Source: Bacillales bacterium UBA4951 (GTDB taxonomy: Bacteria; Bacillota_I; Bacilli_A; RFN20; CAG-826). Taken from it: a stretch of DNA of 50,827 bases. The notes below the pieces were generated by a model. It searched no databases, was not told the origin of the DNA, and saw only the letters and a list, made by a program, of their open reading frames with translations. Position 1 is the stretch's first letter; each line of letters starts with the position of its first letter. The DNA lies in NCBI GenBank assembly GCA_002397465.1, contig DHAP01000051.1, positions 50,545 through 101,371 of the forward strand, given 5' to 3'. A program made the position numbers and the translations under genes. This document shows, one piece after another, positions 9,405 to 18,111 of this stretch.

Positions 9405-9612
9405 GTCCAAAGACTAGAAGCAGTACCCGTTTTGAATTTCTTGGCTGGGAGAGGCGAATAGAGAAACCGCCTCAGGATAGAAACGGCGAATTCGTCTAGG
9501 AGGGCGAAGAGGAGACTCTTCCCTCGGCTGGGTTAAAGCCATAGAGCGTCTCTATTGAGACGAATTGGGATGGCACCGCGGATGGGAATCCGCTCCCGGC
9601 CGTCTTTTTTTG
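9405..9612 (+). ncRNA. T-box riboswitch, Phe specifier
   Basis: AGTA/GAA motif in stem I with specifier TTC at 9491-9493; antiterminator GGGA-TGGCACC-GCGGAT..ATCCGC-TCCC; U-tract at about 9605. Confidence 0.85.
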
Positions 9613-9625
9613 TAAGGAGGATCGT

Positions 9626-10666
9626 ATGGATCCATTGGAACAGATAAAGGAAATCCAGGCTCAGGCCTTAGAAATGATTTCCAAAGCAGACACTGAGCTC
9701 GCGCTCAGCAACGTCCGCAACGCCTATTTGGCCAAAAAGAGCCCTTTAAGCGCGATGATGGGAAAGATGAAAGAAGTGCCAAATGAGGAAAAAGCCTCTT
9801 TTGGCAAAGCCATAAATGACGCGAGAAGCGCGATCGTCCTCGCTTATGAGGAGAAGCTGAAAAAGGTTGAGGAAGCGGCTTTGAACCTCAAACTTGAAAG
9901 CGAAAAGATCGATATTTCCCTTCCGGCTGAAAAAGGAAACGTCGGACATACGAACCCATATATGATCATCGTTGATGAGATGGTCTCCATCTTCTCGGAG
10001 ATGGGATTCGAAATCATCGAAGGCAAGGACATTGAGACCGATCATTTCAACTTCGAGCTTCTCAATGTTCCGAAGGATCATCCAGCAAGAGACATGCAGG
10101 ATACCTTTTACATTGATGAGTCGCTCTTATTGAGAACCCAGACCTCGGCCGCCCAAGCCCATGTGATGCTTGAAAAAGGCGGCAAGGAGCCAATCAAGAT
10201 GATCTGCCCTGGCAAATGCTACCGCCGCGATGACGATGACATGACCCACAGCCATCAGTTTGGCCAAATCGAAGGTTTGGTGGTGGACAAAGGAATCTCG
10301 ATGGCCGACTTGAAAGGGACCCTTGAGGTTTTCGTCAAAAAGATGTTCGGAGAGAAGAGAGAAATCAGGCTTCGCTCCTCATATTTCCCCTTCACTGAGC
10401 CAAGCGTCGAAGTCGATGTCAGCTGCGCCAAGTGCGGCGGAAAAGGCTGCGATATGTGCAAAGGCAGCGGCTGGATTGAGATATTGGGAGCCGGTGAAGT
10501 CAACCCGAAGGTCCTTGAGATGTGCGGTTATGACCCGAAGGTCTATTCTGGTTTTGCCTTTGGCGTCGGAATCGATCGTTTGGCCATCCTTCGTTATGGA
10601 ATCGATGACATCAGGAGGCTCTATCAAAACGACGTTCGCTTCCTTGAACCATTCGTGGAGAAATAA
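9626..10666 (+). CDS. pheS: Phenylalanine--tRNA ligase alpha subunit
   Basis: HPARDMQDTFY, LLRTQTS, YFPFTEPS, Firmicute CxxCGGKGCxxC insert, GFAFGVGIDR. Confidence 0.98.
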   Translation: MDPLEQIKEIQAQALEMISKADTELALSNVRNAYLAKKSPLSAMMGKMKEVPNEEKASFGKAINDARSAIVLAYEEKLKKVEEAALNLKLESEKIDISLPAEKGNVGHTNPYMIIVDEMVSIFSEMGFEIIEGKDIETDHFNFELLNVPKDHPARDMQDTFYIDESLLLRTQTSAAQAHVMLEKGGKEPIKMICPGKCYRRDDDDMTHSHQFGQIEGLVVDKGISMADLKGTLEVFVKKMFGEKREIRLRSSYFPFTEPSVEVDVSCAKCGGKGCDMCKGSGWIEILGAGEVNPKVLEMCGYDPKVYSGFAFGVGIDRLAILRYGIDDIRRLYQNDVRFLEPFVEK

Positions 10667-10677
10667 GGAGAAACAAG

Positions 10678-13074
10678 ATGAAAGTATCATTAAATTGGCT
10701 TAGCCAATACGTCAAAGTCGACGATATCGATCCTAAGGATCTAGCTCCCAAGCTTACTTTCTCCGGGGTTGAGGTCGAGGATATCGAAAAAGTCGCCTCG
10801 GGGACGAATCTCGTGATCGGAGAAATACTCAGCTGCGAAAAGCACCCTGATAGCGACCATCTTCATGTTTTGAACGTCAACGAAGGAAAGAAATACGGCG
10901 TCCATCAAATAGTCTGCGGAGCCCCGAACGCCAGAAAAGGCCTTAGGGTCATCGTGGCAAGGGAAGGGGCCGTTCTACCAGCCGTCACCATTGAAAAAAG
11001 CGAGATAAGAGGAGTCGAAAGCGATGGGATGTGCTGCGCCTTATATGAGCTTGGGGTCGACAAAAAGAATCTAAGCGAAAAGCAACTCTCCGGCATCGAA
11101 GAGCTTCCGTTAGACGCCCCGATAGGCGAAGAAAACGTCCTGGCTTATCTAGGGCTCGACGACACCGTCCTCGATTTGAAGCTTTTGCCCAATAGGCCCG
11201 ATCTCAACGCCATGGAAAACGTGGCCCGCGAGGTTGGCTGCCTTTATAACCGCGAAGTCAAGATTCCAAACTACCCGGCAATCAAAACGGTGAAAACCAA
11301 TTTCACTGCAACGTCGTCGACCGAAAAGTGCCCTTTGTTTGCCATCAGGGAAGTCAAAGGCGTCAAAGTCGGCCCATCGCCTCTATGGATGAAAAAAGCC
11401 TTGGAGAACGAAGGAGTCCGAAGCATCAACAATGTCGTCGACATCGGAAACTACGTCATGCTTTTGACTGGCCAGCCTCTCAATATGTATGACCTAGACA
11501 AACTCCCGGAAGAAAAATTAGACGTCATCGATGATTACGAAGGAGACTTCGTAGCCATGGATGATAAGACATATCACTTAGAAAAAGGAGACCTTCTCGT
11601 CTCAAGTGACGGAAAAGGGATGTGCTTGGCCGGCATCATGACATCCAAGTTCTGCGCCGTCAGTGAAGACAGCGTCAACATCGCCATCGAAGCGGCCGTT
11701 TTCGCCGGTGCCTCCATTAGGCACACCTCGAATAGGCTCGGCTTATTCAGCGAATCGAGCGCCCGTTTCGTCAAAGGCCTCAACAAGGACCAAGCGGAAC
11801 GCGTTTTGGAGATAGCCTCCAGCCTTTTGAGCAGTTTGTGCAGCGCCGAAAGCGTCTCGGAAACCTCTTTGTTCGATAATCTGACCCACGAAGTTAAAAT
11901 CATCGAGACCTCGTTATCTTACATAAACGGAAGGCTCGGTACGTCTTTCTCGATGGATGAGGTCAAAGACGTCTTAACGAGAGACAATCTCCAAATCATC
12001 GATTCAAATGGCGACTCTTTCGCATTGAAGATTCCTTCATACCGCATCGATATGGTCGGTGAGGCTGACGTCAGCGAGGAAGTCATCAGACTTCTTGGCT
12101 ATGACAAAGTAACCTCGAAGTTGCCGACTCTTTCGATCGATCTTTCGGGCGGAGAAAACAACAAACAAAAGAAAGAGAAGCTCATCAGAAGGTATCTTGC
12201 CCTCAACGGGCTTGATGAATGCGTGAGCTATTCGTTGGTCAACGAGAAGAGCAAAGACGCGTTCTCCTTCCTCGATGATGGGGAATGCTACAAACTTCTT
12301 AACCCGATGACCCCGGAACACGAGTACTACCGCAAGAGCCTCCTTCCTTCATTATTGGACGTCGCTTCCTATAACTATGCAAGACAGAACAAAGATCTTG
12401 CCTTATTCGAGATTTCCAGCGTCACGTCGATGAAAAAGAGTGGAGACCATCTCTCCATCGTTTTAATCGGAGAAGAAAAAATGCAGGGGAGCCTCAAGAA
12501 GCAGCCGTACTCCTTTTACACGATGAAAGGCTATCTTGAAGGAATCCTTTCAATCTTCGGAATAGGGGGAAACCGCTACAAGCTGGTTCGTCTTTCCAAT
12601 TCAGGGAACGAGCTCCATCCTGGACGCTCAGCCGAGGTCTTGATTGGCAAAACCAGAGTCGCCGTCCTTGGAGAACTTCATCCGTTATCCCTCAAAGAAC
12701 ATGACTTAGGAAAGATCGCGGTCGTCCTTGAACTCGACATCAGCGCCTTGAGCGATCTGAAGACCTCATCCGAAAAAGCCGTCATCCCATCGAAGTTCCC
12801 ATCAGTCTCACGCGATTTTGCCTTCTTGATCGGCAAAGATGTGAGCTATGAGGAAATCAAACGTGAGATCTGCCGTTCGGACAAACTCATCAACAAAGTT
12901 GAGATATTTGATTTATACGAGGGAGTCAATATCGCCCCCGATAAGAAGAGCGTGGCCATCACAATCACCTTCTTGTCCGAGGAAAAGACCCTGAAAGACG
13001 AGGAGATAAAACTTCTCAGCGACAAGGTCATCGGCCTCTTAAAGATCAGATTCAACGCGGAGATCCGCTCATGA
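10678..13074 (+). CDS. pheT: Phenylalanine--tRNA ligase beta subunit
   Basis: IVCGAPN, NRPDL, INNVVDIGNYVML, PSYRID, C-terminal SKFPSVSRD FDX-ACB domain. Confidence 0.98.
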   Translation: MKVSLNWLSQYVKVDDIDPKDLAPKLTFSGVEVEDIEKVASGTNLVIGEILSCEKHPDSDHLHVLNVNEGKKYGVHQIVCGAPNARKGLRVIVAREGAVLPAVTIEKSEIRGVESDGMCCALYELGVDKKNLSEKQLSGIEELPLDAPIGEENVLAYLGLDDTVLDLKLLPNRPDLNAMENVAREVGCLYNREVKIPNYPAIKTVKTNFTATSSTEKCPLFAIREVKGVKVGPSPLWMKKALENEGVRSINNVVDIGNYVMLLTGQPLNMYDLDKLPEEKLDVIDDYEGDFVAMDDKTYHLEKGDLLVSSDGKGMCLAGIMTSKFCAVSEDSVNIAIEAAVFAGASIRHTSNRLGLFSESSARFVKGLNKDQAERVLEIASSLLSSLCSAESVSETSLFDNLTHEVKIIETSLSYINGRLGTSFSMDEVKDVLTRDNLQIIDSNGDSFALKIPSYRIDMVGEADVSEEVIRLLGYDKVTSKLPTLSIDLSGGENNKQKKEKLIRRYLALNGLDECVSYSLVNEKSKDAFSFLDDGECYKLLNPMTPEHEYYRKSLLPSLLDVASYNYARQNKDLALFEISSVTSMKKSGDHLSIVLIGEEKMQGSLKKQPYSFYTMKGYLEGILSIFGIGGNRYKLVRLSNSGNELHPGRSAEVLIGKTRVAVLGELHPLSLKEHDLGKIAVVLELDISALSDLKTSSEKAVIPSKFPSVSRDFAFLIGKDVSYEEIKREICRSDKLINKVEIFDLYEGVNIAPDKKSVAITITFLSEEKTLKDEEIKLLSDKVIGLLKIRFNAEIRS

Positions 13075-13562
13075 ACAAACTTTCAAAAGCCTCTTTGGTG
13101 AAGGGAAGGAATCTTTCTTTCACCCAAGACACGCTTTTTGATGGATACAAGATGGTTTATCCTCTTCTTTCCGTCAAGAAGTGCCATTACGATGTCGTGG
13201 CCTCGAAAGTCGGGGACTACGCCCACGCCCATTTTTCCATCAAAGCCACGCTTCAGGTTGAGGATAGCAGAGACGCCACGCCATTTGATAAAAAGGTATC
13301 CCTTGATGAAGATGTCGATATCCTCAACGAAGAAGATGAGGAAGGCGAGGGTTATATCGTCACCGAAAGCGAGATAGACCTCGATGAACTGGCCCTCAGA
13401 ATCATTGTCTCATCGCTGCCGATCAGGCTTACGAGAAATAATGACGTCAAGCCGAAAAGCGGTGCCGGCTACCGCGTCTTGAGCGAAGAAGAATTTGAGG
13501 AAGAAAAGAAAACAAAAGGAAATCAGGCATTTGATTCCTTGAGAGACTTTCCAACCAAATAA
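13071..13562 (+). CDS. YceD/DUF177 family protein
   Basis: IDLDELALRII.SSLP and C-terminal NQAFDSLRD pattern; conserved position before mraZ. Confidence 0.7.
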   Translation: MNKLSKASLVKGRNLSFTQDTLFDGYKMVYPLLSVKKCHYDVVASKVGDYAHAHFSIKATLQVEDSRDATPFDKKVSLDEDVDILNEEDEEGEGYIVTESEIDLDELALRIIVSSLPIRLTRNNDVKPKSGAGYRVLSEEEFEEEKKTKGNQAFDSLRDFPTK

Positions 13563-13678
13563 TTAGACACTATCGATCGTTACTCGTAGAGTAATGTATA
13601 CATTATATCTACTAATTCTATACTAATTGGCTAAACGATGAGCTTTGATCGCCATCGTTTTTTCTTTGTTGTTTTATC

Positions 13679-13733
13679 TTTACACGCGTAAACGGGGATG
13701 GTATTCTTTTCGTACAAGGTGGGCAAAAGTGGG
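13679..13733 (+). promoter_or_regulatory. mraZ promoter with MraZ-binding boxes
   Basis: TTTACA (13679-84), 17 bp, TGgTATTCT (13702-07); GTGGG repeats at 13719 and 13729 with 10-bp period. Confidence 0.75.
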
Positions 13734-14160
13734 AAAATTCTTTGGAACCTACAATCGAACCTTAGACGAAAAGCATCGTCTTCAAATCCCAAGCAAGCTT
13801 GTGAAGGAGATGCCGAAAAGCTTTTACGTCCTTCGCGGGTTTGATGGCTGCCTTGCTGTTTATGAAGAAAGCTCGTTTGAGGCTCTCTTGGCAAAACTTG
13901 AGAATCTCCAATTCAACGAAAAGACCTCCCGTGACTACATCCGTTTGGCCTCGTCAAGCGCGGTGGAGCTCGAAGTCGATGCCCATGGAAGGGTGACCAT
14001 AACATCCGATTTGGCTTCTACATACCACATCGAAGGCGAGGTTAGCATAATCGGCGTCATCGACCACTTCGAAATCTGGGACAAAGCCACTTACGAAGAT
14101 TACATCAAAGAGAAAACCCCATCTTATGAGGAATTCGCCTCCGAAAGTGTGAAGTTATGA
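13729..14160 (+). CDS. mraZ: Division/cell wall cluster transcriptional repressor MraZ
   Basis: FFGTYNRTLDEKHRLQIP, RGFDGCL, DAHGRV, IGVIDHFEIWD; start moved to in-frame GTG 13729. Confidence 0.93.
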   Translation: MGKFFGTYNRTLDEKHRLQIPSKLVKEMPKSFYVLRGFDGCLAVYEESSFEALLAKLENLQFNEKTSRDYIRLASSSAVELEVDAHGRVTITSDLASTYHIEGEVSIIGVIDHFEIWDKATYEDYIKEKTPSYEEFASESVKL

Positions 14161-15101
14161 ACGGACACGTCAGCGTTCTCTTACCAGAAAGCCTAGCCCT
14201 TCTTAACATCCACGATGGCGGAACCTACGTCGACCTCACCCTTGGAAGGGGTGGGACATCCAGCGAGATCCTCAAAAAAATCCCGAATGGACGTCTCGTC
14301 TGCTTCGACCTCGACGAAGAGGCCATCGAAAAAAGCACGAGCAGGCTAAAGGCGATTGGGTCGAACTTCACGATCGTCCATTCCAATTTCTCCAATTATC
14401 CAGAGGAACTAAAGAAACTTGGAATCAGCCAGGTAGACGGCCTAACGGCCGACTTAGGAGTCTCAAGTCCTCAATTCGACGAAGCCGACAGAGGGTTCTC
14501 TTACAAAGAAGAAGCCCCGCTCGACATGAGAATGGACGTCAGGCAAACCTTAAGCGCTTACGATGTCGTCAATACGTACTCGCTGCACGATCTCACGAGG
14601 ATCTTCCGAGAGTACGGAGAAGACAAAGACGCCTATGCCGTCAGCAAAGCCATCATCAAAAAACGCGAGTCATCTCCGATTAAGACGACAACCGAGCTCG
14701 CGGAACTCATCAAGGAGAGCAAGCCTATCTCCTCACGCTTGAAGAAAGGCCATCCGGCCAAGCAGATCTTCCAAGCCATCCGCATCGAAGTGAACGGCGA
14801 GCTCGACAACCTCAAAAAGGCCCTCGACGCCATCCCATCAGTCATCGCCCCCAAAGGCAGGGTGGCAATCATCAGCTTCCATTCCTTGGAAGACCGTCTT
14901 GTGAAAGACAAGTTCAAGGAGCTGACGGTAGTGGAAGGAAACCGTCACGAGATGTACGATCTTCCATCTGAATTAGAAGAAGCCCCATTCATCAATCTGA
15001 CGAAAAAGCCCATCGAAGCTGGATTAGAAGAGGTGGAAAACAACCATCGCTCCGCCAGCGCCAAACTTAGGGGCATTGAAAGGAAAGGAGAAAATCCATG
15101 A
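14157..15101 (+). CDS. rsmH: 16S rRNA m4C1402 methyltransferase
   Basis: HVSVLL, DLTLGRGG, DLGVSSPQFD..RGFSY, FQAIRIEVN, ISFHSLEDR, RSASAKLR. Confidence 0.97.
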   Translation: MNGHVSVLLPESLALLNIHDGGTYVDLTLGRGGTSSEILKKIPNGRLVCFDLDEEAIEKSTSRLKAIGSNFTIVHSNFSNYPEELKKLGISQVDGLTADLGVSSPQFDEADRGFSYKEEAPLDMRMDVRQTLSAYDVVNTYSLHDLTRIFREYGEDKDAYAVSKAIIKKRESSPIKTTTELAELIKESKPISSRLKKGHPAKQIFQAIRIEVNGELDNLKKALDAIPSVIAPKGRVAIISFHSLEDRLVKDKFKELTVVEGNRHEMYDLPSELEEAPFINLTKKPIEAGLEEVENNHRSASAKLRGIERKGENP

Positions 15102-15319
15102 AAGACAAATTAGAGAAAACAGGTCACAAGAAGTTTTATTACGAGCTTAAGAGCGCGCTGGCGATCTTCATGTTCGTAATGGCTCTTTTCGCCTTAGCCG
15201 CCATCCCTGTGGGGATCACTTTCAAACTCTCTGAGGCCAAAGGAAAGGAAGAGACAGAACCCTCGACTTCCTTGGTCAGCGAGACTCAACATTCGGAAAA
15301 CGTGCCCTTACTTAGCTAA
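15098..15319 (+). CDS. Small single-TM protein in the ftsL position
   Basis: SD AAGGAG and ATGA overlap with rsmH; basic N-terminus, one TM helix, short acidic tail without an obvious FtsL leucine zipper. Confidence 0.65.
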   Translation: MKDKLEKTGHKKFYYELKSALAIFMFVMALFALAAIPVGITFKLSEAKGKEETEPSTSLVSETQHSENVPLLS

Positions 15320-15332
15320 GAGGCGTTTCAGC

Positions 15333-15367
15333 AAAAGGGCGTCGGGTGGTGCCGGCGCTCTTTTTTC
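15333..15367 (+). terminator. Rho-independent terminator
   Basis: AAAAGGGCGTCGG..CCGGCGCTCTTTTTT hairpin plus T-tract. Confidence 0.7.
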
Positions 15368-15447
15368 ATGTATTCTAAAAAACTACTAGTTTTCTCTTAA
15401 TAACATTGAGAAAGCGGCGAAGGTATTCTAAGATAGAATACGAACAA

Positions 15448-16656
15448 ATGGAAAGCACTATGAGCACAGCTACTTTGGAGATTACCTCCGATTACGCCAA
15501 ACTGGCGGTCGGTTACGTTCTTTCCGGACAGCCTGTTTTGTTATACATGGCCAAAAGGCCTTTGCCGAATTGCATGAACAAAGGCGACATCATCGATTCG
15601 AAAGCCGTCAGCGATATCATCAAAGACTTCCTTAAAACGGAAGACGAGGCCGCCGGACTGAAGCTAAATGTTCAGACGGTGTCTCTAATTTTGCCTCCTA
15701 TAGGCTTCACAGTCTATCAAAGCGTCAAGACTACGAACGTCATCGCCTCAAACGGAATGATCGACAAGATAGACATCAGCAACGTCATGTCCTTGGTCCG
15801 CAAGGATCCATTGCCGCAAGGCAGTTCCATCGTCGACATCGTCCCTGATTGTTTCATCCTCAACACCCAAAAGGTCTATGCCAACCCGCCTCTAGGCGAG
15901 AAAAGCGATTCCCTTACCGTCCAGGCCAAGATCCATACCCTTCCGGAAAAGAAGCTTTATGATTACCGCTCGACGGTGGAAGCGGCCGGATTCAGGATCA
16001 AACGCTGCTGCGTGGCCACCTATTGTGCCTCCCAGCTCTTCGCAAGCGACAAAACGGTCCCGGAAAGCTACATTTACGTCGACATGGGCGCCAAACTCAC
16101 GACTCTTTCGCTCATTGGAAGAACTTCGCCTATCACCTCGTTGTTCCTTTATGTCGGAGGCGACAATCTGACCGATGACATCGCCGAAGGGCTCAACCTT
16201 TCTTTCGAGGAAGCCACCAGAGTCAAAGAAAAATACGGATTTGACGAAAGAAAGACGTCATTCATGACGCCTATCTGCAAGAGCCAAAACGACGATGGCT
16301 CGACTTCGCTGCATTATCAAAAAGAGCTGAATAACATCATCAAGGGCTTCTATGAGAAATTCGACACCCTTCTTGCCAACGCTTTGTCGACTCTCGTTTC
16401 GAAACAGCCATTCAAGGAACCTCTCATGAGCCTTCCTTTGATATTGGGCGGTGGGGCCTCTTCGCTTAACGGCCTCGAAAAACTGCTTCCCGAATCCGCA
16501 AAAGGAAGGACGCTTAGGAGATACGTTCCGCACGTCTTAGGCGCTAGAGATCCTAGTGCCATCAACCTCTTGGGGCTGATCGCTGCCGATGGAAGCTACA
16601 AAGGGACGCTTGAAGACGACTATCATGGGGTTTCCACCCTTTCAAGAAACCGATAG
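15448..16656 (+). CDS. ftsA: Divergent cell division protein FtsA
   Basis: Actin-fold motifs VDMGAKLTT, GGDNLTDDIA, EEATRVKEKYG, LGGGASSLNGL; directly upstream of ftsZ; start placed at ATG 15448. Confidence 0.8.
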   Translation: MESTMSTATLEITSDYAKLAVGYVLSGQPVLLYMAKRPLPNCMNKGDIIDSKAVSDIIKDFLKTEDEAAGLKLNVQTVSLILPPIGFTVYQSVKTTNVIASNGMIDKIDISNVMSLVRKDPLPQGSSIVDIVPDCFILNTQKVYANPPLGEKSDSLTVQAKIHTLPEKKLYDYRSTVEAAGFRIKRCCVATYCASQLFASDKTVPESYIYVDMGAKLTTLSLIGRTSPITSLFLYVGGDNLTDDIAEGLNLSFEEATRVKEKYGFDERKTSFMTPICKSQNDDGSTSLHYQKELNNIIKGFYEKFDTLLANALSTLVSKQPFKEPLMSLPLILGGGASSLNGLEKLLPESAKGRTLRRYVPHVLGARDPSAINLLGLIAADGSYKGTLEDDYHGVSTLSRNR

Positions 16657-16668
16657 GAGGGACTTATT

Positions 16669-17832
16669 ATGGATAAGGTCCAAGTTGAAGACATCGATAA
16701 CTTTGAGCCAGTGGCCAGAATAGTGGTCATCGGCGTCGGCGGAGCCGGCAACAATGCCGTCAACCGCATGATCGACGAGAACATTCAAAACGTCGAGTTC
16801 TACGTCGCCAATACCGACAAGCAGGCTCTTTCGACATCCAAAGCCCCAAACCGCATCGTTTTGGGCGAAGAGGTGACAAGAGGGCTTGGAGCCGGAGGCG
16901 ATCCTGCCGTCGGAAAACAAGCCGCGGTGGCCTCAACTGATACCATCAAGAGCATCGTCAAAGGCGCCGACATGGTCTTTATTGCTGCCGGCATGGGAAA
17001 AGGCACCGGAACCGGAGCCGCCCCAGTCATCGCCCAAATCGCCAAAGAAAGCGGTGCTTTGACCGTGGCCATCGTCACAAGACCTTTCACTTTCGAAGGA
17101 CCCAAGAGGGTCGCGAATTCGGTCGAAGGCCTCTCCGAACTCAAAGACGCCGTGGACTCAATCATCATCGTCAGCAACGACAAACTCTTGATGTCGAGCG
17201 GAAACGCCCCCATCAACACAGCCTTCCAAGAAAGCGACAAAATCTTGGCCCAATCAGTCAAAACAGTGGCCGACCTCATCTTGGTCCCAGCCATGATCAA
17301 CCTTGATTTCGCCGATGTCAGAAGCACTTTGAAGGGAAGCGGCATCGCCTTGATCGGCTATGGCAGCGGAAGCGGACCCAACAAAGCTGAAGACGCGGCC
17401 GACGAAGCCATCAACTCCCCATTGCTTGAGGCCAGCATCTCGGGCGCGAGGCGTGCCATCTGCGCCGTCACGTGCGGCCAGAACGTCACCCTTTACGAAG
17501 CCCAATCCTGCGTCAACAGAATCAATGAGCAGGCCGGCGGGGCCATCGACATCAAGTTCGGCGTCAGCATGAACCCCAATTTGACCGACAGTTTGCTCGT
17601 CTCGGTCATCGCCAGCGACTTCACCGATGAGTACGATTTCACGACCGTACCGCAATTCAAGATGCCAAAAGATCCGAAAGAGCTTGGGTCAGGCGTTCAA
17701 GAAGCCCAGAAAAAAGAAATCAAAGACCTGGAGAAAAACGACGTCGGAGCCTCCAACGAACAAGTCGACCTCGCAAGCGAGATTCTTCCGGACTTCCTTA
17801 AAGGAAGCGACGGGGGAAATCAAAACTCCTAA
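16669..17832 (+). CDS. ftsZ: Cell division protein FtsZ
   Basis: GVGGAGNNAVNRM, AGMGKGTGTGAAP, INLDFADV; C-terminal core LPDFL. Confidence 0.98.
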   Translation: MDKVQVEDIDNFEPVARIVVIGVGGAGNNAVNRMIDENIQNVEFYVANTDKQALSTSKAPNRIVLGEEVTRGLGAGGDPAVGKQAAVASTDTIKSIVKGADMVFIAAGMGKGTGTGAAPVIAQIAKESGALTVAIVTRPFTFEGPKRVANSVEGLSELKDAVDSIIIVSNDKLLMSSGNAPINTAFQESDKILAQSVKTVADLILVPAMINLDFADVRSTLKGSGIALIGYGSGSGPNKAEDAADEAINSPLLEASISGARRAICAVTCGQNVTLYEAQSCVNRINEQAGGAIDIKFGVSMNPNLTDSLLVSVIASDFTDEYDFTTVPQFKMPKDPKELGSGVQEAQKKEIKDLEKNDVGASNEQVDLASEILPDFLKGSDGGNQNS

Positions 17833-17867
17833 TCTTGCTTTATCCTCTTTTTACAACTATAGTGATA

Positions 17868-18091
17868 GCGGCTTAGACGGAAGACACGACCGAATAGAGA
17901 CAGACAGCGAGCCCCTTGGATGAAAACGGGGCATTCGAAAGGCCATCACTTCCCAGCTATTTCCCTGAAAGATCAATTAAGGGAGACGCCAGCCTGGCGT
18001 TATCGGGCATCGAGAGCGGAGGGCATTCCTCCGAAATAAGGTGGTACCACGCATTGATGCGCCCTTAGGTAATTCTGGGGCGCTTTTATTT
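17868..18091 (+). ncRNA. T-box riboswitch, Ile specifier
   Basis: Promoter TTGCTT-17-TATAGT (17835-63); specifier ATC at 17945-47; AAGGTGGTACCACG at about 18038; terminator GCGCCC..GGGGCGCTTTT. Confidence 0.9.
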
Positions 18092-18111
18092 CCCCAAAAG
18101 GAGCAGAGAGT

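Noticed and set aside
13645-13728. N-terminal extension of MraZ in the ORF track
   Set aside because: Overlaps the promoter and MraZ boxes; similarity begins at GTG 13729.
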